A stretch of DNA of 64,000 nucleotides from Candidatus Curtissbacteria bacterium (lineage in GTDB: Bacteria; Patescibacteriota; Microgenomatia; Curtissbacterales; GWA2-41-24), in contig JAUSJC010000005.1 of NCBI GenBank assembly GCA_030647775.1, positions 3,911-67,910 on the forward strand. Reading direction: 5' to 3'. The notes under the pieces were generated by a model. That model saw only the letters and a list, made by a program, of their open reading frames with translations. It was not told where the DNA came from and ran no database searches. This document shows, one piece after another, positions 8,537 through 17,502 of this stretch. The position numbers and the translations under genes were made by a program. Position 1 is the first letter of the stretch. Every line of letters begins with the position of its first letter.

Positions 8537-8971
8537 TTATTTCCTTGATTTCCGGCTACGGATTATCGCTTCAAGCTCCTCATCACTCTTAAATGCTCTT
8601 CGGCCGCCGCCTGTAAATCGCAAAAGCACCAGTTCCATATCGTGCCAAAACTTTTGCCAACCCTCTATTTGCTCTAACTTTTTCAGAAACAGGCGCCATC
8701 CGTCATCTTCTATGTTCGATGAAACCCTTCCTATCGTATCAACAGAAACTTTTAAAATATCCCGAATCGAACGGTAGTCATAACCCTTATAAAGCAAAAT
8801 CGCAATAGACATTCTTTTGGCAAAATTTACTTTTTCAGTTTTTGTAAAAAAGTCGCTGAAGAAGATAGAAACTTCTTTTTTCTTCTTTAAGTTAGCCATA
8901 ACTGACCAGAAAGAATCGAAAACCTTATTTTCAATCTCTTTTGTCAATTGTCTTCTAGAAACCTGACTCAT
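8537..8971 (-). CDS. TrpR/YerC/YecD-like small DNA-binding protein (paralog 2 of 3)
   Basis: FAKRMSIAILLYKGYDYRSIRDILKVSVDTIGRV aligns with the HTH of the ORFs at 1184-1672 and 40848-41279. Confidence 0.6.
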   Translation of the reverse strand: MSQVSRRQLTKEIENKVFDSFWSVMANLKKKKEVSIFFSDFFTKTEKVNFAKRMSIAILLYKGYDYRSIRDILKVSVDTIGRVSSNIEDDGWRLFLKKLEQIEGWQKFWHDMELVLLRFTGGGRRAFKSDEELEAIIRSRKSRK

Positions 8972-9060
8972 TTTGTACCGACGATTCGAATCAACAGTAC
9001 ATTACAATCCACCTTCTTGTCAAGACAGGACTATATAAACTTTGAGGTAAAGAAAAAGTA

Positions 9061-9954
9061 TCAGATAGATTTTTTAATCAAGGCAGGGATGTCTTCAAAG
9101 TTTTCGGCAACGATTGCTCCGGCCCCGCGAAGCGCTTTGATTTTTTCTTCCATATTCGCTTCCAGCCCGACAATCGCCCCGGCGTGGCCAAGAGCCGTGT
9201 CCTTAGGCAAACTTTCGGCAAATTTCCCGGCCAAAAAAACAATAAACGGTTTGGTAAATTTACCTTCTTTAATAAGTTTTGCCGCTTCAATTTCGCTAGA
9301 CCCGCCAACTTCACCAAAAGCCACAACTACTTTTGTCGCCGGATCATCTTCAAATTCTAAAAGCAAATCCGCAAAACTTGTTCCTGTCAAAAGATCCCCT
9401 CCAACACCCACGACTGTCGACTGCCCAAAACCGCTGGTTGTAATAAGCATCGCCAGCTCCGAACACATTCCCCCTGATTTGGAAATAACGCCAACCTGCC
9501 CTTTGCTAAAAACCGCACTGGGGTTTGGCCCGCCGATGGAACCGATTTTGGCCTCTCCCGGCGAAATGACTCCAACTGATGCCGGACCCAGAACTCTTAC
9601 CCCTTTTTTGGCGGCAGCCGCCAAAATCTGGGCAACGTCCAAAACCGGTATCTTCTCTACAAATATGTGGACTAACGGAATCTGGGCACTAATTGCTTCC
9701 AGCGCTGCAGCTTTTGCCAAAAGCGGCGGCACATAAACCATCGAAACGTCAATCGGTCCGGCCGCTTCCATTGCCTCTACCACACTATTAAAAACCGGCA
9801 CGGTATCTACTTCTTCTCCGCCTTTACCGGGCGTCACACCGGCCACAAGCTTTGTTTCATAATCCAAAAGCTCGGAAGCCGCCTGCGTACCGGATTTACC
9901 CGTGATTCCTTGTATCAATACTCTGGTTGATTTATTGATTAATATCGCCATAAC
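9061..9954 (-). CDS. CoA-binding alpha subunit of an ADP-forming acyl-CoA synthetase, SucD / citryl-CoA synthetase small-subunit-like
   Basis: CoA-binding N-terminus (VLIQGITGKSGTQ) and phosphohistidine loop ALGHAGAIV. The ORF-track start at 10059 overlaps the upstream gene; the start is more likely the internal ATG (MAILINK...) giving a 4-bp overlap. Confidence 0.8.
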   Translation of the reverse strand, partial: VMAILINKSTRVLIQGITGKSGTQAASELLDYETKLVAGVTPGKGGEEVDTVPVFNSVVEAMEAAGPIDVSMVYVPPLLAKAAALEAISAQIPLVHIFVEKIPVLDVAQILAAAAKKGVRVLGPASVGVISPGEAKIGSIGGPNPSAVFSKGQVGVISKSGGMCSELAMLITTSGFGQSTVVGVGGDLLTGTSFADLLLEFEDDPATKVVVAFGEVGGSSEIEAAKLIKEGKFTKPFIVFLAGKFAESLPKDTALGHAGAIVGLEANMEEKIKALRGAGAIVAENFEDIPALIKKSI

Positions 9955-9955
9955 T

Positions 9956-11191
9956 TTACACTTTCGACTTTGACTTTGACTTGTACTTTTCCGACAGTTC
10001 CACCATTTCCCTTGCCGCCGCCGAAATCGGCGTTTGGGGCCCGAACAAATGAATATCAAACCCCTCGCGCTTAGCCAGAGTCTTAAGCATTTTATACGCT
10101 TCTTCCTGCCTTGGCCCCCCTCGCCTAACCACGATTGGATAACTAACTTTCGGCTTTACGCTTTTTAGCCCGTCGGCAAAACCCGCAAGGGTTTCATAAA
10201 TATCCGTAAAATTGGCCACCGCTCCGGCAACCAGACAACCCGAGAGCCTGGGTCGCGAAAGGGCTATTCTGGTAAGTTTTTCTACCTTTTCCCTCGACGG
10301 GTTTCCGGAATACTCGGTGTAATTGGCAGGCTTCCCTCCCGCTGCCGCAACCGAGTCCATCACGAGAAGCGACGCGCCGCCGCCCGAAGCCAAAATCGCT
10401 ATATCACCAGCCAAATCCAAAAATGCGCTGCCTGCCGAACCGCGGTAATCACCCTCATCAATCTTCTTTGCCGCCAGCTCCCTCTCGCTAGGCGCAGCCG
10501 TTATTGCCCCTTTTGGGATAAAGTCAAAATCCTCATGGCGCCCAAGGCCGTTATCATCCAAAATTACTTTGGCGTCGAGCGCCAAAAATTTTCCGCCCTC
10601 CGTTTTGGCAAGCGGATTAATTTCCAGTAGCCGGCAGTCATTTTTGGAAAATGCTTCCCAGAGTTTTGTCGCAAATTCAAAAGAAACGGGAAACTTCTTG
10701 AAATCGCCTTTTGCCGGCCCGGCAACCGGATCGATATAAATTTTTATGACCTCTTCAGGGTTTTGGCGTGCTACCTCTTCAATCTCCATGCCGCCTTTTT
10801 CGGAAAACATTAAAAATGGTTTTCTAAGCGCGGTATCGTAAGTAATTGAAACATAGTATTCAGCCTCAAAACTGGCTTTTTGGGCAAGCAGAATATATTT
10901 GACTTTCTCCCCGTGACCAGCCTCGCCCGACGAGCGTGCGAGTCTAGGCGGGAATTCTTTTCCCAGAAATTCTTTGGCAAATTCCAAAAGCCCCGCTTCG
11001 CGGCTGCAAACTTGCACTCCGCCTGCTTTCCCTCTTCCGCCGGAAAGCACCTGCACCTTAGCAACCACGGGGAATTTTAACTTTGTCCGGGCAGCTTTCA
11101 CCTGCGCAGCTGTTTCACAAACAATAAAAGCCGGGCTTTCGATCCCGGCAGAGGCAAGTACTTTATGCCCCTCAAATTCAAAAAGCTTCAC
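9956..11191 (-). CDS. ATP-grasp beta subunit of an ADP-forming acyl-CoA synthetase, SucC / citryl-CoA synthetase large-subunit-like
   Basis: N-terminal ATP-grasp (KLKFPVVAKVQVLSGGRGKAGGVQ) followed by the CoA-ligase domain. Confidence 0.8.
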   Translation of the reverse strand: MKLFEFEGHKVLASAGIESPAFIVCETAAQVKAARTKLKFPVVAKVQVLSGGRGKAGGVQVCSREAGLLEFAKEFLGKEFPPRLARSSGEAGHGEKVKYILLAQKASFEAEYYVSITYDTALRKPFLMFSEKGGMEIEEVARQNPEEVIKIYIDPVAGPAKGDFKKFPVSFEFATKLWEAFSKNDCRLLEINPLAKTEGGKFLALDAKVILDDNGLGRHEDFDFIPKGAITAAPSERELAAKKIDEGDYRGSAGSAFLDLAGDIAILASGGGASLLVMDSVAAAGGKPANYTEYSGNPSREKVEKLTRIALSRPRLSGCLVAGAVANFTDIYETLAGFADGLKSVKPKVSYPIVVRRGGPRQEEAYKMLKTLAKREGFDIHLFGPQTPISAAAREMVELSEKYKSKSKSKV

Positions 11192-11242
11192 TGTAGCTAA
11201 ATTTTAGCAGTATACTTGGTTTATTTAAAGCTACACGTTAAA

Positions 11243-11296
11243 ATATACAGTGCCATGCGGTTCTCGTCCCGATGGATATCGGGGCTGCGGGCCTAG
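11243..11296 (-). repeat. family-A structured repeat (reverse orientation)
   Basis: ATATACAGTGCCATGCGGTTCTCGTC-hairpin(CCCGAT/ATCGGG)-GCTGCGGGCC is the reverse complement of the CCGCAG...CGCATGGCACTGTATAT consensus. Confidence 0.65.
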
Positions 11297-11751
11297 ATCC
11301 TATGGAAATATCTTTAGCAAAACCCCAAGACGCCAACGCGATTCTAGTCCTACAAACCCAAATTTACCGTGTAGAATCGCTTGCCCCAAACGCGAAAGAG
11401 CTGCTTTTGGCGCTAATCGACGCTGATTATTGTAGTGTTATTGTAGCCAGAGAAAACCTGCCTGCCGGCAAGGCAGGCGGCAAGGTCGTCGGCTCTGCTT
11501 TTCTCTTTTACCTTCCCCTGCCCGCCCACGGCAAAAATTTTGCATATCTGGAAGCAGTAGTCGTCGACGAAAAATCTCGGGGCAAAGGCATCGGTACCGC
11601 TATTTCCAAAAAGGCCATCGAGCTTGCCCGCGCCAACAATTGCTATAAAATGATCTTCACTTCCGGCTTCGACCGCGAAAAAATCCACAAACTCTACGAA
11701 AACCTGGGTTTCGCCAAATGGGGCTACGAATTCAGGATGAACCTAGACTAA
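11272..11751 (+). CDS. GNAT family N-acetyltransferase
   Basis: Acetyl-CoA binding motif VVDEKSRGKGIGTAISKKAIELAR; the start is probably the internal Met (MEISLAK) near 11302, because the 5' end overlaps a repeat. Confidence 0.8.
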   Translation: MDIGAAGLDPMEISLAKPQDANAILVLQTQIYRVESLAPNAKELLLALIDADYCSVIVARENLPAGKAGGKVVGSAFLFYLPLPAHGKNFAYLEAVVVDEKSRGKGIGTAISKKAIELARANNCYKMIFTSGFDREKIHKLYENLGFAKWGYEFRMNLD

Positions 11752-11760
11752 ACTGGTAAT

Positions 11761-11800
11761 TTTAGGCGCGCAGTCCGAAAGACGAGCACCGCAAGCTCAC
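11761..11800 (+). repeat. family-A structured repeat (forward orientation)
   Basis: GGCGCGCAGTCCGAAAGACGAGCACCGCAAG; forms an inverted pair with the copy at 11243-11296 around the GNAT gene. Confidence 0.65.
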
Positions 11801-11834
11801 GAAGTTAACTTTAACCCGAAGGGCACAAATTGAC

Positions 11835-13256
11835 CTAACTGGTCAATTTATATCCGCGGGTTTTCACCGTTACTATCTGATATTTGCTCTTTTGGCTCTT
11901 TAGTTTTGTTCGCAGTCTAGCTACCAGCCTATCAATCGTCCAATCCGAAACCCCCAGCTCCTCTACTTCCGGCCAGACCCTTTCGATAATCTGTTCCCTT
12001 TCGCAAACTTCGTTTTTACTGGCCAGAAGGAAATCGTAAAGCTGTTTCTCTTTTTTTGTCAGGTCCACTTTTTCCGCGTCCTGTCCGTTATTTTTTAAAC
12101 CCCCAACATAACCTGCAAAAAGCGGGCTGAAAATGGCGTTGTCTTCTCCAATAATTCCCGTTTCCCATAGATAACTACCGCCGCTCCTATCCTTTTTCTC
12201 GGGCTCTTCACCGGCAAGAATTTTTAAAAGCACCATGCGCTCGTCAGAATTTAAACTTTCCCAAATCTCTTCCGATTGTAAAGTTACTCTCTCGTCCGAA
12301 GTTATCATGTCCAAATAGTTTGTCTCATCGATCTTTTCCGTCTTGCCGCGCTGGTTCAAAACAATTAGGCAAAGCTGTAAATATTGGACGTGCCCTCCCG
12401 TCAAATCTAAGAGTTTCTCGCGAAGCGCACGTGTTGGGTGAATATTATATTTTTCCTCCAAAGTATCGAAAATAATTTCCATATTGGCGCGCTTGGCCGG
12501 TTTGACATAAACCGGGTGGGAAAAAACCGAAAGGAGTTTCCTTTCAAAAACCTCCGGCGCGATTTCATCAAGCGCCCGAAAACTCGTAAAAACATAGGAA
12601 AGTTTGTGGCCGGTCTCTTCATGCAGGGCTATCAGGTTGCGGAAAAATTCGGGAGTGATAGCACCGGCGAACCTGTCAAACCTTAAAAAGAAAAATGTCG
12701 GCAAAATCCCCTCTTTGGCAATTTCGGAAATCGACTTTCTAAATGATTCAATCGCCAAAAAAGCATCCCGGGATTGGATTGTCTCCAAAAACCTAACGGA
12801 AATGTCTTTCTTTACCTTTGCCGGAACGTCCGATTTTTCAACTTTATCGGAAAGTCTTTTAAAGGTCAGGATCCAAAATGGAAAAAGGTCAATTTCTACC
12901 AGATTATTAAGGTCGACAGGAATAAACAAATGCTTTTCCCCGTGATTAATGTATTTGGAAACGGTGTCTTTATGATAAAGAAAGAAACGCAAAAAGTTGG
13001 AGATACCGACACGCTTCATACCCACAAGCTCAACATTATAGCGCAGCCTCAAATGCTCTCCCAAAGTACGCGCATCTTCCTCACGAAAACTCAGGGGATA
13101 TTTGGCTTCAATATGATGAATAGCGTCCATCCTTCGTATGATATTACGAAGCACCATTGTGATACAACAATCACAATAGTTGGCGAAGTAATATGCGGAC
13201 TTTAGTCGCAATACTTTTTTACCAAAGTCTTTTGCAAATGATACCATCCCCAACAC
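11835..13256 (-). CDS. transcriptional regulator with C-terminal OmpR/PhoB-type winged-helix DNA-binding domain and a ~380-aa N-terminal domain of unknown function (possible degenerate P-loop NTPase)
   Basis: The C-terminus LTKKEKQLYDFLLASKNEVCEREQIIERVWPE...IDRLVARLRTKLKS...IVTVKTRGYKLTS fits the trans_reg_C consensus. The N-terminus has GMKRVGIS (Walker-A-like but lacking Lys) and no receiver domain. Confidence 0.6.
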   Translation of the reverse strand: MLGMVSFAKDFGKKVLRLKSAYYFANYCDCCITMVLRNIIRRMDAIHHIEAKYPLSFREEDARTLGEHLRLRYNVELVGMKRVGISNFLRFFLYHKDTVSKYINHGEKHLFIPVDLNNLVEIDLFPFWILTFKRLSDKVEKSDVPAKVKKDISVRFLETIQSRDAFLAIESFRKSISEIAKEGILPTFFFLRFDRFAGAITPEFFRNLIALHEETGHKLSYVFTSFRALDEIAPEVFERKLLSVFSHPVYVKPAKRANMEIIFDTLEEKYNIHPTRALREKLLDLTGGHVQYLQLCLIVLNQRGKTEKIDETNYLDMITSDERVTLQSEEIWESLNSDERMVLLKILAGEEPEKKDRSGGSYLWETGIIGEDNAIFSPLFAGYVGGLKNNGQDAEKVDLTKKEKQLYDFLLASKNEVCEREQIIERVWPEVEELGVSDWTIDRLVARLRTKLKSQKSKYQIVTVKTRGYKLTS

Positions 13257-13623
13257 TTAATACTTGACACGTGATACTTGATATGTTCCCTTTGTCAGGT
13301 TTATGTCATTTAAAAGTTGTGAAAAGGTCAAGCACATAGCCAAAAGGTTCATTGATAATTAGCGTATGGCAGAAAGAAATAGTGCAGGCGCGGCGTCCAA
13401 TGGGCAAGGACCAGATGGACATAGGAATGAATTCCGAATTGACGGCGATACTATTCACGTCCGAAGAATACCCCTCTCAGGACACCCTATTAGCATGGCC
13501 GGAACCATTGGCGAATTTTCAGAACCGATGCAAGAACGAATCCGCTTGCATCAAAGCGCCCTTGCCCAGAGACAAGACTTGGTAGGATAAAACCTCATCA
13601 CCAACCTGGAGACAATCGTCTGA

Positions 13624-14364
13624 TTAGTTAGGATTTTCTATTATTTCAAAATTACTCCACACCTTCTGTACGTCGTCTAAATCTTCAAGCCGTTCCAGCA
13701 CATCAAAGATCTTTTTCTGGGTCTGGGGATCCGAAACTTCAACCGTCGTCGTTGCCCGCCTGGCAAGCTCCGCCGATTGAATAGCGAACCCCTTCTCGGC
13801 AAGCGCGTTTTTAACCTTATCCAATTCGTTTGGTTTAGTGTAGATTTCCACCGCATCATCACTATCCAAAACGTCATCGGCCCCCGCGTCTACTGCCGCC
13901 TCAAAAAGTTCATCATAACTCTTACCGTTTTTGGCAAGTGTGATAAGACCGCAGTCCGAAAACATCCACGACACCGTCCCCGGTGTTACGAAACTTCCAC
14001 CGGATTTTTCCAAAACGTTTTTAACTTCCGGTGTCGTTCTGTTTTTATTATCCGTTACCGCCTCAATCACGAGCGCAACCTTCCCCGGCCCGTACCCTTC
14101 ATAAGTGACGGAATCCAAAGCCCCTTCAAGCCCTTTGCTCAGCCCCCTGTCAATCGCTCGCAGGATTATGTCCTTGGGCATATTGACGGCACGGGCATGC
14201 TCCATCACCAAACGCAGTTTAAAGTTAGAAGCCGGATCTCCGCCGCCGCCTTCGCGCGCGGCAACCGTTATAGCGTTGGCAGCTTTTGTAAAAGTCGCCC
14301 CGCGCTTTACATCTGCTACGCCCTTTTGTCGCTTAATCTGCGACCACTTAGAATGCCCGCTCAT
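13624..14364 (-). CDS. yebC: YebC/PmpR family DNA-binding transcriptional regulator
   Basis: [43 protein letters not shown] is the canonical YebC/TACO1 N-terminus. Confidence 0.9.
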   Translation of the reverse strand: [246 protein letters not shown]

Positions 14365-14549
14365 AACATCGCATTATACTTCCCGCGTTTGGGTGGGCGC
14401 CAGAGGAAGGGTTCCCGACAGCGCGCAGTTGACCAAACCGGAATCAGTACAACATACCGACACCCTTTGGGTAAAACGGGTACTCTTTTCCCCCAAAATC
14501 GTCTCATATTTTCTACCTATTGACGCCAAGTTCCGTATAATCTAATTTA

Positions 14550-15251
14550 GTGTCCATGGCGAAGATCCTAAAAGAGCAGTGGCAAAACATCACAGATTAC
14601 GACGTTTTAGCCCAGCTTGCCGCCCAAGCCGCCCTTTCTTCTAACTGGCAGGAAGCTACCCGAATAAACGAAAAAATCCTCAAAGCCAACAAAGACAATG
14701 TCGAAGCCCTTAACCGCTTAGCGCGTGCCATGGTTTGCATGGGCGAATTGCCAAAAGCCCAAAAGCTCTATAAAAAAGTTCTGGAAATTGACCCTTATAA
14801 CATAATCGCCCGCAAAAATTTTGATAAAATTTCCATGTCCGGCCCGACTTCCCTCAAAACAAATGGTCAAAAAACTCCCGTTCATACGGTCAACGTTTCA
14901 AATCTTTTCCTCTCCGAACCCGGCAAAACCAAAGTAATTAATCTCCTAAATCTGGCGGCCCCAAGCGCCTTGGCTATCTTAAATTTTGGAGAACAAGTCA
15001 GCATAAAACCCAAAAATCATTCGGTTGTCATCACCACTACCGAGGGAGTCTACCTTGGAGCCCTTCCCGACGATCTTGCGCATAAATTAATCGCCTTCAT
15101 TGCCGGAGGGAATGAATACGAAGCCTATATCAAAGCAGTAACATCCAAAAGTTTGACTATTTTTATTAGGGAAGTCTTGCGCTCGTCGCGCTTTACAAAT
15201 CAGCCCTCGTTCCAAGCCTCACAAATATCATATTTTGATTCCGAAAAATAA
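14550..15251 (+). CDS. TPR-repeat protein, hypothetical
   Basis: TPR-like helical repeats (EALNRLARAMVCMGELPKAQKLYKKVLEIDPYN). Confidence 0.5.
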   Translation: MSMAKILKEQWQNITDYDVLAQLAAQAALSSNWQEATRINEKILKANKDNVEALNRLARAMVCMGELPKAQKLYKKVLEIDPYNIIARKNFDKISMSGPTSLKTNGQKTPVHTVNVSNLFLSEPGKTKVINLLNLAAPSALAILNFGEQVSIKPKNHSVVITTTEGVYLGALPDDLAHKLIAFIAGGNEYEAYIKAVTSKSLTIFIREVLRSSRFTNQPSFQASQISYFDSEK

Positions 15252-15254
15252 GGA

Positions 15255-15410
15255 AGCAAAACAAGCTCTCTTATTACGACTCTGAAGAATGAAGAGGCGC
15301 AATACGCTCTCGTCTTTCGATAGCGAAGAATGAGCTATAAGCTCTCTTTAGCCCCGCAGTGCTGAGTTTATCGAAGCACGAGGAGCGCATGGCACTGTAT
15401 ATATTTTGAT
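15255..15410. repeat. convergent-gene spacer packed with family-C (AAGCTCTCTTAT) and family-A repeat units
   Basis: AACAAGCTCTCTTAT at 15260-15274, TAAGCTCTCTTTA at ~15335, family-A unit with hairpin GTGCT...AGCAC at 15349-15402. Confidence 0.6.
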
Positions 15411-15424
15411 AGCGAGGAATAACC

Positions 15425-15817
15425 CTAGTCCATTTTCCTTCGAAGATCCCTTACTGAAATTTCTCCGGACAAAATTTCGCGCCCTTGGCCGCCGCCGGCT
15501 ACCTCATTTATTATTTCTTCCGGCGAGCTCTCTGTTGAGCCCAAATCATCATATCCACCAACTTCCCATGGAAACGGTCCTACGCTACCGATTACAGCTT
15601 CTGCGTCGTCTTGCTCTGCATCTTGGTTCTCACTACCAGCCAGCACCGGCTCACCCGCCAATAATACTTCTTGCTCCGCCGCCTCACTTTCGGGCGTATC
15701 TTGGCTTATTGGCACCAAATACGACTCTTCTCGCTCGTCCTGCTCACGAACCAAGGAAAATAGGGCAATAATAAAAGAGGCAAAAAGAATAACTACACCA
15801 ACTATGACAAAAAACAT
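15425..15817 (-). CDS. small membrane-anchored acidic protein, hypothetical
   Basis: N-terminal TM helix; D/E-rich C-terminus; start abuts the stop of the upstream LytR_C gene. Confidence 0.4.
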   Translation of the reverse strand: MFFVIVGVVILFASFIIALFSLVREQDEREESYLVPISQDTPESEAAEQEVLLAGEPVLAGSENQDAEQDDAEAVIGSVGPFPWEVGGYDDLGSTESSPEEIINEVAGGGQGREILSGEISVRDLRRKMD

Positions 15818-16861
15818 TCAGAATAAACTCTTAGCAAAATCGCTTCCCAAATCAAGCATTATCGGTGCTCCTTGGGCATCGGACGGCGGGGCAACTATAT
15901 CACACTTAAAAATGTTTGCCAAATAAGAAACAGCCCGCAAGTTCTTGGAACCGGCGACTATCCGGCACCCGGCAGTTTTTACCTCACCGGTTCCCACGCG
16001 AGTCACGTTAAAACCGGCTGACGTTGCTATCTCGCCGGCCAGTTGCCCTATTCCGGCTGCTCCCGACGAATTTTTAACTTCAAGTTTTATATTTTGATCG
16101 GCCAAATTCTTGATTTCAAAATATTTATTGATTGTCTGGTGTAAAAGTTCGCTGTCCAGACCTTCAATTTGAGTACCTCCGGGTCCCAAAGTGCTTCCCA
16201 AAAACTGCCCTAAATCTATAATTTTAGGCGATTTTATACCAGATAATTTAACCTGCCACCATAACCTCAAAAGGTCAATTCGGGTAATATTTGTCGACTT
16301 TATACCCGGGATCTTCCCGACAGTCACAACTGCGGCGAGCGTCGAAAAAGAAGAAAAATTCCGGTAAGCCTCTTCCAGCGTTGCCTGGTCAATATCTTTC
16401 TTGTCTTTTAAAACCGCGTAGTTTTGGATATCCAAACCCAAAACTCTTGTTAGCACCTTGTTCATTTCCCCGCCCTTTCCAGTATTAATATCGCTAACTT
16501 TTATAGACGGGCTTGTCGCATCACCTGTTGGCACGTTCAATTCGTCGGGTACTTTCAAAACAACAATTTCGCCAATACCCTTATTGAAAACTAAAACTGA
16601 AGGCGGGGTCGTGGAAATTGCCGCCGCAAATGGCATCGCCTCATCCCATCTGGAATCGGAAACGTATTTCTTGAGGGAAATCGCGCGCATTGCCCCGTTA
16701 ATTATAAAAAAGCCAAGGAAAACACAGATAAAAATGGCCAAAAAGCCGCGCCACCTGCGAGCCGTTTCCATTTTGCGGAGAAAAACTTCTCTTTTTGCCC
16801 AAACGGGCCTTTTTGAAGATTTTTTGGTTTCCGGATAATCTGTCACAGTTGCCTTTGGCAA
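15818..16861 (-). CDS. membrane-anchored protein with C-terminal LytR_C (LytR/CpsA/Psr C-terminal) domain
   Basis: KLEVKNSSGAAGIGQLAGEIATSAGFNVTRVGTGE...IVAGSKNLRAVSYLANIF resembles the LytR_C domain consensus; single N-terminal TM. Confidence 0.5.
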   Translation of the reverse strand: MPKATVTDYPETKKSSKRPVWAKREVFLRKMETARRWRGFLAIFICVFLGFFIINGAMRAISLKKYVSDSRWDEAMPFAAAISTTPPSVLVFNKGIGEIVVLKVPDELNVPTGDATSPSIKVSDINTGKGGEMNKVLTRVLGLDIQNYAVLKDKKDIDQATLEEAYRNFSSFSTLAAVVTVGKIPGIKSTNITRIDLLRLWWQVKLSGIKSPKIIDLGQFLGSTLGPGGTQIEGLDSELLHQTINKYFEIKNLADQNIKLEVKNSSGAAGIGQLAGEIATSAGFNVTRVGTGEVKTAGCRIVAGSKNLRAVSYLANIFKCDIVAPPSDAQGAPIMLDLGSDFAKSLF

Positions 16862-16907
16862 CCTAGACCTGCCCTAAAAATGAACCCTTACACGGAAATT
16901 TCGGAAG

Positions 16908-17054
16908 TTAATATCTATCTTTCTTTTTCTTACCAATAATTTCGACCTGCGGAGGCGCATAAACTCTGTCTATCTCCCCCGCCTGCTTTTCAAGCACTTC
17001 CTTCTTCTTTTTCTTTTTATCTCCTTTATAAAAGCCTCCGTACGATCCTCCCAT
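16908..17054 (-). CDS. unannotated 48-aa lysine-rich small protein (MGGSYGGFYKGDKKKKKKEVLEKQAGEIDRVYAPPQVEIIGKKKKDRY)
   Basis: Translated by hand; strong Shine-Dalgarno GGAGGAGGGG placed 5 nt upstream of the ATG; absent from ORF track because it is under 60 aa. Confidence 0.4.
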   Translation of the reverse strand: MGGSYGGFYKGDKKKKKKEVLEKQAGEIDRVYAPPQVEIIGKKKKDRY

Positions 17055-17099
17055 AATTACCCCTCCTCCGTCATCAAGGCTTTAATATCAGAGGAGCGC

Positions 17100-17500
17100 C
17101 TTTGGCATTTTAGATTCGAGCTTGCGAGAATCGCATGGCCCTGTATATGCCAAGGCGAACTGCTGATATAGTAACTTCCAAATAAACCCATGTTGATATT
17201 GTCATCCTGAACTGACTTTGTCATCCTGAACTTGGTTCAGGATCTATTTCAGGATCTAGATGCCGAAATATACAGTGCCATGCGCCCTCGTTTCGCTCGG
17301 GCTAAAGTTCGGCATGACATCTACATTTATTCTATCAAAGCTAAGGGAGCTTCAACAAGTAGAGAAGTTTTGCTCCGCAAAATCGTTTTTAAAATATCTT
17401 TAGACCCGCAGTTCTGCACTGCAGAACGAGGATCGCAAGATTTTTTGTAATCAGAAAATTTTTAGGCGCGCAACGAAGTGAGCACCGCAAAATATTTTGT
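17100..17500. repeat. array of at least four family-A repeat units in mixed orientations plus a family-C half unit
   Basis: Units at 17124-17148 (+, partial), 17266-17308 (-), 17401-17439 (+), 17461-17493 (+); the ORF 17232-17450 in the track lies entirely in repeats and is probably spurious. Confidence 0.65.
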
Positions 17501-17502
17501 CC

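Noticed and set aside
8948-9736. Long plus-strand ORFs lying antisense to well-supported genes (e.g. 8948-9736, 13777-14523, 37065-37895, 53696-54346, 22604-23137)
   Set aside because: They overlap, on the opposite strand, genes with strong catalytic motifs (SucD-like, YebC, HtrA, malic enzyme, EF-P). Their products are low-complexity (S/P/A/T-rich), typical of shadow ORFs.
13366-13590. Small plus-strand ORF (74 aa) in the 367-bp spacer between the wHTH regulator gene and yebC
   Set aside because: No recognisable motif or RBS, and competing overlapping ORF at 13352; kept only as a possibility linked to the upstream promoter-like motif.
17232-17450. 72-aa ORF in the ORF track
   Set aside because: Entirely composed of family-A repeat units in opposite orientations; almost certainly not coding.
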